Positions 13,097-26,479 are shown, counted from the first letter of the whole stretch. The stretch: DNA of 63,362 nt, filler included, from Octopus bimaculoides (GCF_001194135.2; 5 parts of 5 records of this genome joined end to end with filler, not necessarily neighbours in it), one strand, 5' to 3'. A program made the numbers and translations. The notes: generated from the sequence alone by a model not told the origin.

Positions 13097-13746
13097 TCCA
13101 CCCGGAAGATGTTATTAAATTCACAAATACGGTTCTGCCATTGGCTGGGTGTTTGTGTATATTTGTGTACGTGTGTATATAGGAGGCGTGTTTATATATG
13201 CATATATACATGCATGTCTGTTTGTATATGGATATATATATATACATATACACACATGCACATGTATATATGTGTGTATATGGATATATATATGTGTGTG
13301 TGCGTGTGTACACGTATATATATTTGTATTTTATGCACACATGTGTGTTACCACATGTATCTACACACGCACACATTTATACACACATACAGAAACACAG
13401 CTACACGCAAAAAGTTTCGCCCACCCAGATACATATAGAGATCACATCAACACTACCTCCATAGAGCACACGCAGGCACTTACACAGATACAGTCACAGA
13501 CACACTCACACAGGAACACTCACACCCTCACCTAATGCACACAGCTCTCCTTCGCAGACACACAACAATACGCCCCATCACACCCACACCACGGGACATA
13601 CAAATCCCTCATCTTGTCCATCGCCTATTTACTTGCATTGCAAATTTTTTTCTCTTTTCCGTTCTTTCTTATCTACAGTGTATATGTTTGTATTTACAAA
13701 TATTTACAATTTTTGTCATGGAAATTTAAGAGGAATGAAAATTCTG

Positions 13747-14188
13747 TTCTACTCTAGGCACAAAGCCCTAGACTTTTGGGGACGGGGCAGTCGATTAGAT
13801 CGACCCCGATACGCAACTGGTACTTAATTTATCGATTCCGAAAGGATGAAAGGTAAAGTCTACCTCGGCAGAATTTGAACTCAGAACGAAAAGACAGACG
13901 AAATACCGATTTATTTATTACCCAAAAAAGGCTAAACAGAGAGCTTTTCCGGACATCAAAAAACATAAAGACAGTGCAAAGCGCAACAAACATAAAATCG
14001 GGGAACTAAAAATTAACAAAAAGTGAATGATGATAGTAGAAGAAAAATCAAAATAAAATGGTAATATGCAAGAATGAAAAAATGAGGCGCAATGTCCATT
14101 CGACCCCCGAAATAGGGTGGTAAGACATACGAAATACCGCTAAACATTTCGCACGGTGTGCTAACGTTTCTGCCAGCACGCCACCTTA
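13747..14188 (-). mobile_element. SINE family B interrupted by a 220-bp insertion
   Basis: Body at 13747-13908 and head at 14129-14188 (ctaacgtttctgccagcacgccacctta); acgaaataccg is duplicated at 13898-13908 and 14129-14139. Confidence 0.85.
13909..14128 (-). mobile_element. 5'-truncated retroposon (candidate LINE 3' UTR) with an 11-bp TSD
   Basis: Perfect 11-bp TSD; its 3' end gtttagccttttttgggtaataaataaat resembles the SINE-B variant tail at 38780-38826. Confidence 0.7.
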
Positions 14189-14293
14189 ATAGTATTGAAA
14201 ATTGTAGCAATGCTTCATTCCATAATTCGACGGACAAATGAAACATGACCGCCCAAACTCGGAATCTTTAGCGACACACAACTTTATGTATGA

Positions 14294-14470
14294 ATGTATC
14301 TGATGTGACCCAGACTGCAAAATAGATGCAACACAACATAATGCATGAAGTCCCAGACATAAGGGAGAGTAGTAGGATTGGTCGAAACGATCGTCACACA
14401 TAATAAAAATTAATACCAATGACAGCTTCTCGGTGAATTCAAAAATCACAACCTCCACAAGTTAGGACCT
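14294..14470 (+). mobile_element. PLE-type terminal repeat with a hammerhead-like motif
   Basis: atgtat-CTGATGT-gacc...ggtc-GAA-acgatcgt-C-acacat, followed by aataaa. Confidence 0.5.
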
Positions 14471-14844
14471 GAAATACTCCAAACAGACGTATAGCATGCT
14501 GCTTAGTCGAATTAGCCCATCATTTACTCCACAAATGTTTTGCTGTCAGTGTTGCACTTTCCCATGTCACCTGTTTCAACATAACTGTAATATATTATAT
14601 ACAAACTATGCCATTTTAATCCCGAGCAACGCAGGGTGTCTCTGCTAGTATATATATATATATATATATACAGTAAAAACAAAATGGAGAGATACAAAAA
14701 TGACATATGTCAGCCGGAGGACATGGTATTATGTTCATTTTTTTCCAAAACAAAAGGGAGTGTCGTAAGAGTACATACATGCAAAGACTGTGTGCTACAC
14801 AAATATATACTAGTAATAATATTCGTTTCAAATTTTCGTAGAAG

Positions 14845-15058
14845 GCCTTCGAGGCTGAGGGAGGAGCAAGCCGATTACATCGACTTCAATGCTCAACTCA
14901 TACATTTTTATCGACCCCCAGTGTTCAACTGGTACTTAATTTATCGACCCCCAAAAGGATGGGAGACAAGTCGACCTCGTCGGAATTTGAACGTAAAGAT
15001 GAACGAAATGCCACTGAGCATATCCAGTGCGCTAATGATTCTGCCAGCTCACCGCCTT
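14845..15058 (-). mobile_element. SINE family B with a short internal duplication
   Basis: ggtacttaatttatcgaccccc..gtcgacctcgtcggaatttgaac..ctaatgattctgccagctcaccgcctt; tttatcgaccccca occurs twice. Confidence 0.8.
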
Positions 15059-16280
15059 CGGTACTTAAATAATATTGAGGAGAATATATATATATTTTTT
15101 TTATTGTAGCGTGAGGTCGGGAACATAGCCAACCTTAGTATTGTGGTATCAGAGTGTTTAATAACATTTATGTGATAGTGGGTGGTGTAGGCTTACTAGG
15201 TCTGTGAAAGTTCCTGACCATGATCGCAGTGACTTTCAAGTTATGAGATGGAATAAAGTACATTAGATTCCAGTGCCTGTATTGTTTTTATTTTATGTAA
15301 TATAGTTGTGGGTATTCTCCGTGCATATAAACTATTTCTCAATGAAATCGCTTCTACCAAACACATTTTTATATTATCAGACAGTATTGCTAAACAGTAT
15401 CTACCCTTGAACAGATTTTCCTATATCTAAAAGCTGCAATGATTTCTTAACAGTTGAAGCCAATTACAATTGCTGAGAATCTATATGACTGGATTTCTAA
15501 CCTAAGATTACAATCTGCTATTATATTTATAATGTTGGTTATCGTTAGGTTAGTAAGACTTGGTAGGTTGAATAAAATCGTTAGATATTTATAATTTCAC
15601 TATTCACAACATATAGTAAAACATGATAATCCCATGTCATCATTCTTTCGTATTATTTGTGTATAGGACACTCGTAATTTTAAGCTAACTCACAAGATCA
15701 TCTGCACCGGCATCATCATATCTCCAAAAGGTGGCATAAGGTGTTCGTTTATCTTTACACAAAACGAATATTCAAGGTATAAATAAACAGTAATCACGCT
15801 GTTTGTAATATATATTTACTAAGTTTCTGTATTCCAAATTTGCGTTAATCAAGGTGAGTTATCTCTCTCTATCTCTCTCTCCCTCCCTCTCTCTNNNNNN
15901 NNNNTATGAAGTTCCTGCAATGAATCTACGGATACCAACAGATAATCGAGACTGCGCCGGTTCTTTACTCATCATCTATTTATACATTTTGTATAATTTC
16001 TCTATTATATATATATATATATAATGCACTATGTATGCACATATGTATATGTGCCTGTAGTGAGACAGAGATGAGAGAAAGAGATGGAGTGAGAGATAGA
16101 GAGAGAGAGAGAGAGAGAAAAATGAAGTAGAGACAGAAGTGTTGAACTACAGGAAATTACATGGGATTTTGTGCGCAGGGACATTCTGTCAGCTGCTAAA
16201 CGCAGCAAGAAAATATCCAACTCTCTAGGGTGGCAGTACTTATATACTTATACAGATGTGTGAGTGAGTGAGGGATCGTA

Positions 16281-16346
<66 letters not shown>
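16281..16346. repeat. (ATCT)n microsatellite
   Basis: Visible tetranucleotide run. Confidence 0.95.
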
Positions 16347-16349
<3 letters not shown>

Positions 16350-16356
16350 CTCTCTC

Positions 16357-16406
<50 letters not shown>

Positions 16407-16880
16407 TATGTATGATCATGTATATCATGTATACAAGCGTGTGTGTACCGATTGCTGTATCTATATATTTATATTTATGTAAGAATATATGCGCGTATGA
16501 TTGCAGGTTGGTATACATACATACATACATACATACATACATACATAGGTGCGTGGGTGTGTGGGTGTGTGCGTTTTTGGTCTGTGGGTGTGGGTGGTGA
16601 GTGTTTGTGTGTGTGTGTGTCTGTGTCTGTGCGTGTGCGGGCGTGTGTGTGTGTATCCGAAGCATACGTAATTACGCATGCAATACACATTGCAGATAGA
16701 GATACGCATGTAGTATAGAATGCATGATAAATCATTCGAAAGAAGAAAGATGCATCGCATTGATACAGTGCTTGAAAATCAATACTCAATTAGCCTCATT
16801 CAAATCGAAAAATTGCTTGCTAAGATTTGTTTTATGTATATGTCTATGTGTCCATAAATACATATATATACGTATTTGTC

Positions 16881-16953
<73 letters not shown>

Positions 16954-18399
16954 ATGTTTTTATTTACTGATTCCCGTGAGATGCAGTTGCCGTTCTATTT
17001 GCCACTTCATCATTTCCGATATATGCCTACTTAAATCTAATTAAAAATAATTCTTAACGATTATCATGCCTTCTTCCTCATGCAAGCACCCTTCCATACA
17101 CTATATACTTCAGTCAGCAATCTGAAGTTTGGACAATTTCTTCCGGAATATCTTCTAATTAGTAACGTATTATTAATGCGCATCGATAATGATTTAATCA
17201 AATACTTGTAAGGTTATACAGATGAATATTGACATTTTCACATATATACATACACATATATGCATACATATATGCATATGTATACATAAATATATATACA
17301 CACATATATATACATACACACACACATATATATATAGATAAATATATATGTATATATACACCATCACACACGCATACATGCACACAGACGCATATTTTAA
17401 GCGCAATTTGCCATGCAATATTTATCGAATGATTTAGAAGTGCATTTAATTTTTTCGCATTAATATTTGTATTGTGTGCTTTGTCCGTTATTTATTTATG
17501 AATATTGAAACGCACAGTTTTGCTACTGTTTGTCTTTTTATAATTTTCTGGTTTTGGATTATGTTTTCCCATTAAATTCAACAAATTTTAGAATGAAGAA
17601 AAAGTTTTTTTTTTAAATAACAAATTTCGAGCAATGTTTGAGAAAACTGATGCAAATATTTTTTTTTTATATCCCAAACAATGAAAAAATAAATATCATT
17701 CTCAACTGATAATAATTTTTCAAAACTGTGGAAAAGAAACACATCAGACACAAAACCAAATACGTTCTTTTTATGTTTTAATCAAACAGAAGCAAACTAC
17801 AAGCATATTTGTAGAAAACATAACAACTACAACTAGAGTAATATTAATATAACAAAAATAATTTAAATGTTTATATCAAAATGACAGTCGATTTGCAAAT
17901 AAACTTTTTAAGGAAATTAACATTTCGGTATATATGTATATAAATTCATATAGTTTTGCATAAATATTTTTTTGAAATCTTCCTCTTTCATTTTTCCATT
18001 TATCTATGGTATTATATGCATATGCGTGCGTTGTGTTTATGCATGTATATTATGCTACATATCTGTGTGTATGAGTGTATGTACAGTGTACACATATAAT
18101 GCACACATACACACACAAGTATACATACACATATACACGCATATACATATACGCATTCATAAATTAATGTATGTCGAAGAAGATTGGTAGATATATAATA
18201 GTAGGTTTAAGGTGTAATTTTATACGAAAAATTGCAATTCCATATACATGATATAAGCAGGTATTGTCTTTACAGCTGTTTCACTCTATCAGTGTATGCT
18301 TCATATAATAAGGCGTATTAGGAAACTAGTCGGAATGCTGGGGCAAAATTATTCATAAACATAAAAGCAAACGTAATACCAAGAAGGGCGAATTTTGAG

Positions 18400-19200
18400 A
18401 GCGAGCATCCTCGTGTGGTGAATTCACATTTTCTTCACAAGATGAAGGGCAAGTACCTCAGGAGAGCAAGTTTCTATAAAATCATATTGGTGTCGATAAA
18501 TTAAGTTGATAGAAAGAATTACTTGAGAGGTTGTTGTGGGTGGTACAGAGGTAGCTATGAAGATGGGAAAACTCGAAGGGAAATATAGTTACGTACGTAA
18601 GGCGAAGAGAATTTAGTTTGAATTGGGTACGAGTATAAATGATGGAGTGAGTATCCTGTGGTAGGCGTGGATGGTGCGAAGAAGCTATGGGCAAATTACG
18701 ACCGAAAAGAAAAGACTAGGTTGTACTGCTGAGTGTGTGACAGAAATTGGGATGGGAAATGAAAGCATGCATACATCTAATTAGAGTACTGAGATAAGGA
18801 CTGTATGAAATAGAAATAAAGTAAAAAGTAATAGTTATATAATGGGGAGAGGTGTCATGGCAAGGAATATGACGACAAGCTTCTAACTAGAATTATTAAT
18901 AAGCCATCATATTCCTTGTCCTATCACCACGTCCCTTTGCAGGACAGATGATATTTGACTAAATTGCTAAATGTAATAAGTGTGGGGAGAGAGAAGAGAA
19001 TGAAGAAAATGTGGGTGTATGAGATCAATTCAAGTCTGAAACCAAAGCTAAAATTTTGAGCATTTCCAGATATAGTACGAAAGAAGGGCGTTCCACAGTC
19101 TACGAAGCTAGGTAGAAGTGTACAAAACAGATGTTAGAGTGAAAATTGGTCTTAGGAAAAATCAAAAGGAAGGACCAAAGGTGAAAATGTATGAGTTATT
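18400..19200 (-). mobile_element. Highly decayed CR1/Jockey-group LINE 3' relics (about 18400-18760 and 19010-19200)
   Basis: Minus strand includes RLWNAL (19090-19110), like the RTxxLWNxLP 3' motif; pyrimidine-rich sense strand. Confidence 0.4.
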
Positions 19201-19849
19201 CTGGGATTAACGATTTACGGGAAGTAAAAAAAAGTTATATTCTCGAATTTGGTTTTTCTTCTATCGAACTTTTCTACTTCTTGTTTACCACATTCTGATA
19301 AAGCTGGAATTTAAGAATATGATTTGTTTGTGCACTGATTGGTAACTATCTGTCCCTTGCTTTTACTAGTATCTTATCACCCATAATAAATTTTTGTATC
19401 TTGTATAATTTATATTCACACATACACACAAATATACAACTTGTATTTTAGTTTTATGTATACATGCTTATATATACCTTCATTTATATACACATAAATA
19501 TGTATGCACGTAAACATACATACATTGATGCGTGTTTATGTGTGTGCGTGTTATTTAGAGAAAGAGTGAAATAGAGTGCGATATAGAAACAAAGAAAGGA
19601 AAAAATGTAATGGTAAAATAATAGATTATTTAGAGAGATGACATTTACAGGTTTGCAATAGATTTTACTAGTAAGTCATCATAAGTAATCAAAACAACAA
19701 CAATATTATCAGACACATTTATAAACAAACCCATAAAAGTGCAGTTATGCGTCGAGTATATATGTTGCCAAATAACTGTATATTTATAGACACACACATA
19801 CACAGATGTGTGTATGTGTGTGGGGTGTATGCATGTATATATTTATGAA

Positions 19850-20150
19850 GAAGGGTTTAGTCAAATAAATCGATCCTATCGCTTCTTTCTTGAGTCTGGT
19901 ACTTATTTTATCGATCAAACACCTAAGTAAAACAAAGACAAACACACACACACACACACACACGCAGACGCACGCGCACATATACAACAATCTTCTTTTG
20001 AGTTTCCCTCTATCAAACTCAGTTAGAAAGCTTTGAGAGATCCGAAGCTGTAGTAGAAGACAATTGCTCAAGTTGCCATATAGTGGGACTGAACCTGAAA
20101 CCATGTGATTAGGAAGCAAAATCCTTACTACACTGCCGTGCTTAATCCTG
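19850..20150 (-). mobile_element. SINE family A with internal (CA)n
   Basis: gtagtagaagacaattgctcaag..gtgggactgaacctgaaaccatgtgattaggaagc is the reverse-complemented head; the tail fragment lies to the left. Confidence 0.75.
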
Positions 20151-20886
20151 CATACATACACACACAAAAATATATGCGCCCAAGCATTTGTACACGTTAC
20201 TGTGTTACTCAGGCTCACACACATACATTCGCGCGCGCGCATGCACATACACACAAACATGTAGTTGGCACTTTGTCTTTTCAAATACTCCTCACCTCCC
20301 TCTCTTTCCGCTATACGAAAAAGAACCATGTCAGAAACTTTAACATTCGTATATGTGTGTATATATATATATATATGTGTGTATATGTGTGTGTGTGTGT
20401 GTGTGAGTGAGTGTGTGTTTGTGTGTGTGTGCGTTTGTGCGTGCGCACGTGTGTCTGCATATATATACATATATATATATATATATAGAAAGATACTATA
20501 ATGATATGTGGATAGAAAGATACTATATTATACTTTGCCAGGTACACTTATATGCACACCAGCTCACGCACGCACGTACAGACACACACACACACACACA
20601 CACATTCATATTTACAAACATAAATACAAATCTAATGTAAAAAATGCAAAGATGCAAAAATATAAATAATAAACCGCCAAAGTATTAAACTTTTTGCGGA
20701 GATGACATTTCCAACTTCAGAAAATATTGAATTCATAGATACCATTAATAAGTCATCATTTGTATTAACCGAGAAAGAAACCATATTATAAAGTTGCAGA
20801 AAAGTGTGGCGTAACTATGACTACAGTAAATATGTAAATAATTCGTACAATGTTCAATTAATATATACATGTATATATTTGTGTGC

Positions 20887-20938
<52 letters not shown>

Positions 20939-21453
20939 NNNNNNNNNNNNNNNNNNNNNNNNNNNNNNNNNNNNNNNNNNNNNNNNNNNNNNNNNNNNNN
21001 NNNNNNNNNNNNNNNNNNNNNNNNNNNNNNNNNNNNNNNNNNNNNNNNNNNNNNNNNNNNNNNNNNNNNNNNNNNNNNNNNNNNNNNNNNNNNNNNNNNN
21101 NNNNNNNNNNNNNNNNNNNNNNNNNNNNNNNNNNNNNNNNNNNNNNNNNNNNNNNNNNNNNNNNNNNNNNNNNNNNNNNNNNNNNNNNNNNNNNNNNNNN
21201 NNNNNNNNNNNNNNNNNNNNNNNNNNNNNNNNNNNNNNNNNNNNNNNNNNNNNNNNNNNNNNNNNNNNNNNNNNNNNNNNNNNNNNNNNNNNNNNNNNNN
21301 NNNNNNNNNNNNNNNNNNNNNNNNNNNNNNNNNNNNNNNNNNNNNNNNNNNNNNNNNNNNNNNNNNNNNNNNNNNNNNNNNNNNNNNNNNNNNNNNNNNN
21401 NNNNNNNNNNNNNNNNNNNNNNNNNNNNNNNNNNNNNNNNNNNNNNNNNNNNN

Positions 21454-21494
<41 letters not shown>

Positions 21495-21879
21495 ATTTAC
21501 ATTTATCACTTGATATAGCACGTGAAAATATATGACATATTATGTACAACAAAATATATAATAATCGTAAGAATCTTTAGGCTTCTAATATTTTCCTCAA
21601 AAGATTAGATTTTGTTCAATGCAATTATATTACTTCCGAACGACTTCTGTTTTTTTTTGGGGTTTTGTTTTTTCTGCAGCTAAATTCTTTGATTTGTCAT
21701 GTGGATTTGGGTAATGAAAACTAAAAGATATAGGATATCTCTCTAGTCACGGAAATTACGATTAGCTCGAAATTAATATATATTACGTCGACATTGCTTA
21801 TACCTTCTGTCGTTACTTGAGATCTTTCAATCTACACCCACCGCATATAGGTAGACAAATATAATAATAAATATAGTAA

Positions 21880-22360
21880 CAGACAAAAGTAGGTAACGGT
21901 AGGAGCGGTTTTAAAACATCGAATCGTATTATTATTTATTAATCTTTCTAATGACTTTAATGATGTCTATGCGAGTAAAAACGTATCGTCGCAACTACGC
22001 GTTTCGGTCTTTACGCAGTATCCAATAAAACAGGCGTCTTCTGTGATATGTTGTGCTTGAAATTTGGGAGTTAGAAACAATTCGGAAGCTAGCCATGAAC
22101 AATGTGGCGTTTAAGATATGTTGGTGCGTAGGTATATGTCGCTGAATTAATACAAGTGATGGTTTCGAAATCATCGGAGAGACAGTGTTACAAGCTGACT
22201 TCTCTGTTTTATAGTGTGTGTATATAAAGGCTTGATTTGGATATGCACGGTAGCGTTACTATTTGTAGCCATTCAGTAGCCATCAGCTTGGTAGTATTTT
22301 TCATATGTGAGTTAGTCTTGCGAATTAAAATAGCTTCTTTTATACTCTGGTTTCCATTGT
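21880..22360 (-). mobile_element. Penelope-like element 3' end: GIY-YIG C-terminus plus terminal repeat
   Basis: Minus strand QSIKEAILIRKTNSHMK (about 22290-22345) resembles the PLE IKEAIxIR motif; downstream is gacc-GAA-acgcgt-A (21996-22009). Confidence 0.55.
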
Positions 22361-22396
22361 TTTAATTCTCTTATTGATAATAATAAATTTTATAAT

Positions 22397-22680
22397 ATGA
22401 AAAGTAAATGTAATAATATAAATAATAAGAACAAAATTTGGTTCCTTATTCCTTATGGAGTTCACGTTAAAACAAACATTATTAAAGAATTTTTGAATAT
22501 AATTCAGGTATTCTTTAGAGATAATAAAAAATATAGTAACATTTTTTCTAGTGATAATTTTGGAGTTGGTTACTCTACTACTAATAATGTTGGTAATATT
22601 ATTTCTTCTTTTAATAAATTTAAGCTGAATAAGTATTATGAAAACAAATCAAGCAATTATTCCAATAATAATAACACAGA
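22397..22680 (+). mobile_element. Penelope-like RT/endonuclease linker relic
   Basis: KIWFLIPYGVHVKTNIIKEFLNII..FRDNKKYSNIFSSDNFGVGYSTTNNVGNIISSFNK parallels the PLE IWFNPPY..VKTNIG..KIFN..SYS..NI..II..HN segment. Confidence 0.75.
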
Positions 22681-23018
22681 CCAGAACATAATTAAGGGCA
22701 GGTGTAGAGGCTATACCTTGTTGTTTGTAGCAGGAAATTCACGAGTTCCATATCTCTGTAGCAGATTTCACAAAATTTAACGCAAAATTTCACGAAGACT
22801 CATTCTTCCTGTCCATGACAAAATCGCTGACTACAGCATACACGAGATCATAAAAACACAAATTTCACAACTTCTGAAGTAAACACAGCTATGTCACGCA
22901 GCACACTGCAACCGTGTACTGCTATCTGTTAGCCTGCTACAGAACTAATTCGAGAACCCTTTGATACCATATCGTATAAATGCTTTACTGTATGTACGTA
23001 TGTAGACATATATATATA

Positions 23019-23105
23019 TAGCAGAAGACACTTGCCCAAGGTGCCATACAGTGGGACTGAACCCGGAGCCATGTGGATGAGAGGCAAGCATCTTATCACA
23101 CAATC
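23019..23105 (-). mobile_element. SINE family A head
   Basis: gaagacacttgcccaaggtgcc..gtgggactgaacccggagccatgtgg. Confidence 0.8.
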
Positions 23106-23254
23106 ATATCTTATTTATTCGGAGTATGCCATTTATGCACCTTATTAATACATTGCTTGTGCCACGTCCAAACATTTGTTTGTTTTCATCTTTTTCTCTA
23201 TGTTTTTTTTAATTGACTATATATAGTCAATTATACCGCTTGTGTTATTTCACC

Positions 23255-23405
23255 TGTCTTTATGTTCTGAGTTCAAATTCCGCCGAGGTCGACTTTGCTT
23301 TTCATCTTTCCGGGTCGATAAATTGAATACCAGTTGCGTAAAGTCGATCTAATCGACTTCCCCCACCCGAAAAAATTTCGGGCCTTGTGCCTAGAGTAGA
23401 AAAGT
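23255..23405 (+). mobile_element. SINE family B, 5'-truncated
   Basis: ctgagttcaaattccgccgaggtcgactttgc..gggccttgtgcctagagtagaaaag. Confidence 0.9.
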
Positions 23406-23428
23406 ATATATATATTGTATATATAATA

Positions 23429-23665
23429 TTAGGTTGTCAAGAAAGTTCTTGCGGTATTTTTAATATTGGTTTTAAATGATGATTTTTCAAATTAATTTTC
23501 ATTAAATTACTTTGACTTTATATATCATTTTAAAGCCCGTTGTTTGCCCTATCTAAGCGTGTTACTTCTTTTCTTTTTGAATAATTAGGCCATTTTTTCC
23601 GCAACGTTGAATACAACATAGACAAAAAGCGAATTCGCACAATTTTGTTATTCCAGTTCAAAATT
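23429..23665 (+). mobile_element. Mariner 5' end (TIR plus transposase N-terminus)
   Basis: TA|TTAGGTTGTCAAGAAAGTTCTTGCGGTATTT resembles mariner TIRs; IDKKRIRTILLFQFK resembles the mariner N-terminus. Confidence 0.7.
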
Positions 23666-24400
23666 CCAAGTCAAAATTCAAGATATCTGCACTGGAGCCC
23701 TCTGCTATAGCCTTTAGAATATCATCGAAGTAACGCAGGATCTGTGTTAGGCAGTCCCTGCCATTGCTAGCAATAAGTATGCTGTTACATTCCGGGAAGT
23801 GAGTTACTGGAGATCTCCCCACTCTCTCAAATAAGTTGATATGAGAAGTACGATCGGTCGGTAATTGACTGCCAGTGATTTGTTGCAATTTGTGAAAAGA
23901 AGGACAATTGACTGGAAGAGACAATTATCGGGAATATAGCCAGTGTCCAGTGATTTCCTTCAGAGAATACCTAAAAGGACTCTAACGGGAAACTAGTCGG
24001 AGCCTGCAGTAGAGTTGTTTCCAATTTGGATAATAACTTCTATGATATCCAGGATCCCAACCGATATATCGGATAGCGTATGCTGGTGGTTATTTTCACC
24101 AATGTTGTCAGGTTTAACCATATAGAGATTACTGAAATTTAGCAGTATGACTTCTGTAGAATCTCAACCATGTCTTCAGTACCACTGTGTAGCGTGTTGT
24201 AGTGTGTTGTTATCATCTATCAGAAAGAATAGAGAAGTTTTGCTTTTTGGCGAACGAGAACACTTTGGAATTGATTTTTAGTTTCTCAATAGCACACTTT
24301 TGTGTCGCTGTACTTTGACTATCGATGATCGTCTGCATATAGATTCTTAGATTCCATTAAAGATATATCTGTCGAATGTTGGTATTGAAGTTGGCAATAT
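23650..24400 (-). mobile_element. CR1-like LINE reverse transcriptase relic
   Basis: CAIEKLKINSKVF, NNSTAGSD, RKSLDTGYIP, TSHINLFER, GRDCLTQILRYFD and ADILNFD match the RT N-terminal motifs SAAGPDG, TSHxxKxFE, GRSCLTQL and VDVIYLDF. Confidence 0.8.
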
Positions 24401-25824
24401 TTTAGCCGGTTGATTTTTCGATTAATCCTTGTTGTACAGTGGGACTGAAACCGAGCTTACATTGTTGCGAAGCAAACTTCTTAATTACAAATCCATGCTC
24501 ACTGTATACGCGATGAGTGCGAATGTACGCGTGTGTTTGGGTACATGTCAATATACGTATGCATGATATATACTATATACGTCGGCATACCATATACTTA
24601 TGCGCATATATGTATCTAAATATGTTACGTATATGTTTATGTTGCCCTTGTCTCCTTCAAATAGGTCTGGGAACATTTTACCACAGCACTTAGAAGATTT
24701 ATACGAGAAAAACAAAAAACAAACGTCCCACGCAGAAAGGGATATTTTCCATTCAGTTTCCAGATATTCCACACACACACTTAAATGTCGAACGATGAAA
24801 ATGAGTGCTCAACGCCGCATTGGTGGATAGATCTTTTTTTGTTGTGAATTAAGGGTACTATTGGTTTCATGTTAAAAGAAATGCAAAAATATCTTAAAAT
24901 ATCTTAATAATTTATCGAGCTGATTACATGGAGGAACGGTGTTCNNNNNNNNNNNNNNNNNNNNNNNNNNNNNNNNNNNNNNNNNNNNNNNNNNNNNNNN
25001 NNNNNNNNNNNNNNNNNNNNNNNNNNNNNNNNNNNNNNNNNNNNNNNNNNNNNNNNNNNNNNNNNNNNNNNNNNNNNNNNNNNNNNNNNNNNNNNNNNNN
25101 NNNNNNNNNNNNNNNNNNNNNNNNNNNNNNNNNNNNNNNNNNNNNNNNNNNNNNNNNNNNNNNNNNNNNNNNNNNNNNNNNNNNNNNNNNNNNNNNNNNN
25201 NNNNNNNNNNNNNNNNNNNNNNNNNNNNNNNNNNNNNNNNCAACAGAGTCATTCAGGGTCCGACAGTTTCGTGCATTGGCACTTGTCATGCCTGGTCACA
25301 ATGAAAATGATAGCATCTAAATATATGTATATAACACTTGCACTCTTTAATAGCTTAAGCTCCAAAACTGCAGTCATTCCGGGCCCAAAACTTATAGTAA
25401 ATTGGAACTTGAAGAATATAAGGAATTCCTCGTTTGTAGTATACCAGTAAAAGTGTTACGAAATTCTAAGACCGTAAGGTTTTGTTTACTTCTGGTCGCA
25501 ATGTTACAACGATGGAAATATTACAAGCTGTAAAGCAGAAAAATTAAAAACTTCATAGGAACAAATTTTCATATAGCTGAGGAAAACAAATGAATGCAAA
25601 TTGAAAATACAGCAACAGATAATGAAAATGATTTTTAAAAATTGGCACACTAGGAGCTCACTGTGCTTATGTGTGTGTTTGTGTGCGTGTATATATATAC
25701 GCACACACACACACGCACACGCACACACGCACATTCCTATTAGAAAGTGTGTATATACCTACATATATAAATATATATGTATACGTGTAGTTTTATGTAT
25801 GCATGTATATGAGTTAGGTGGGGT

Positions 25825-25870
<46 letters not shown>

Positions 25871-26479
25871 TGTGTGTGTGTGCGTTTCAGTATGTATGTA
25901 TGTGTGCATGACCATGATCGTAACATTGTGGTTTCGATTCCTAAACTAGATTGAGTGGAGTGATGTGTTCTTGAGCAAAATCTTCGTTTTACGTTGCTTC
26001 AGTCCTCTTGGCTGATTAATCTTTAGAATATTCTTCTCTGTGAGGCAGAAATATAACCGATCTGACTAATTGTAGCATCTATTAAAGCTTCATCACTAAT
26101 CAGTAACTCATGCGCGGTCACAAGGAAAATAGTAGCATCTAAATATATTTTCATATTCCAACAGAGCGAAATTGATTTGTCTACATTGTATAATAGTGCA
26201 AATGTTAGCAGCGGGAAGAAATTAGTTACACAGTTAGTATCGAGTTGAAATCATAGAGATCGAAGTTACATTAGAAGTTTCTCTCTCTCTCTGTTGCCGA
26301 CAAAGGAAATGGATCCGATGAAATTTAGCTTTGATCATAAACATGTATTAATAACCTCACAAAGGGCGCAATATCTCACAATTATTGCAGTTTGCACACT
26401 TGGGCAAAAATAAATTAATTTGTCTTATTCACATAACTATACAAGCGTTGCAAACATGAATTTATTACATATTTAAACG

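Noticed and set aside
21680-21710. Plus-strand exon candidate after a strong acceptor (similar cases near 4160, 32425 and 55811)
   Set aside because: Weak donors or in-frame stops, no recognisable peptide, and no consistent reading frame between them.
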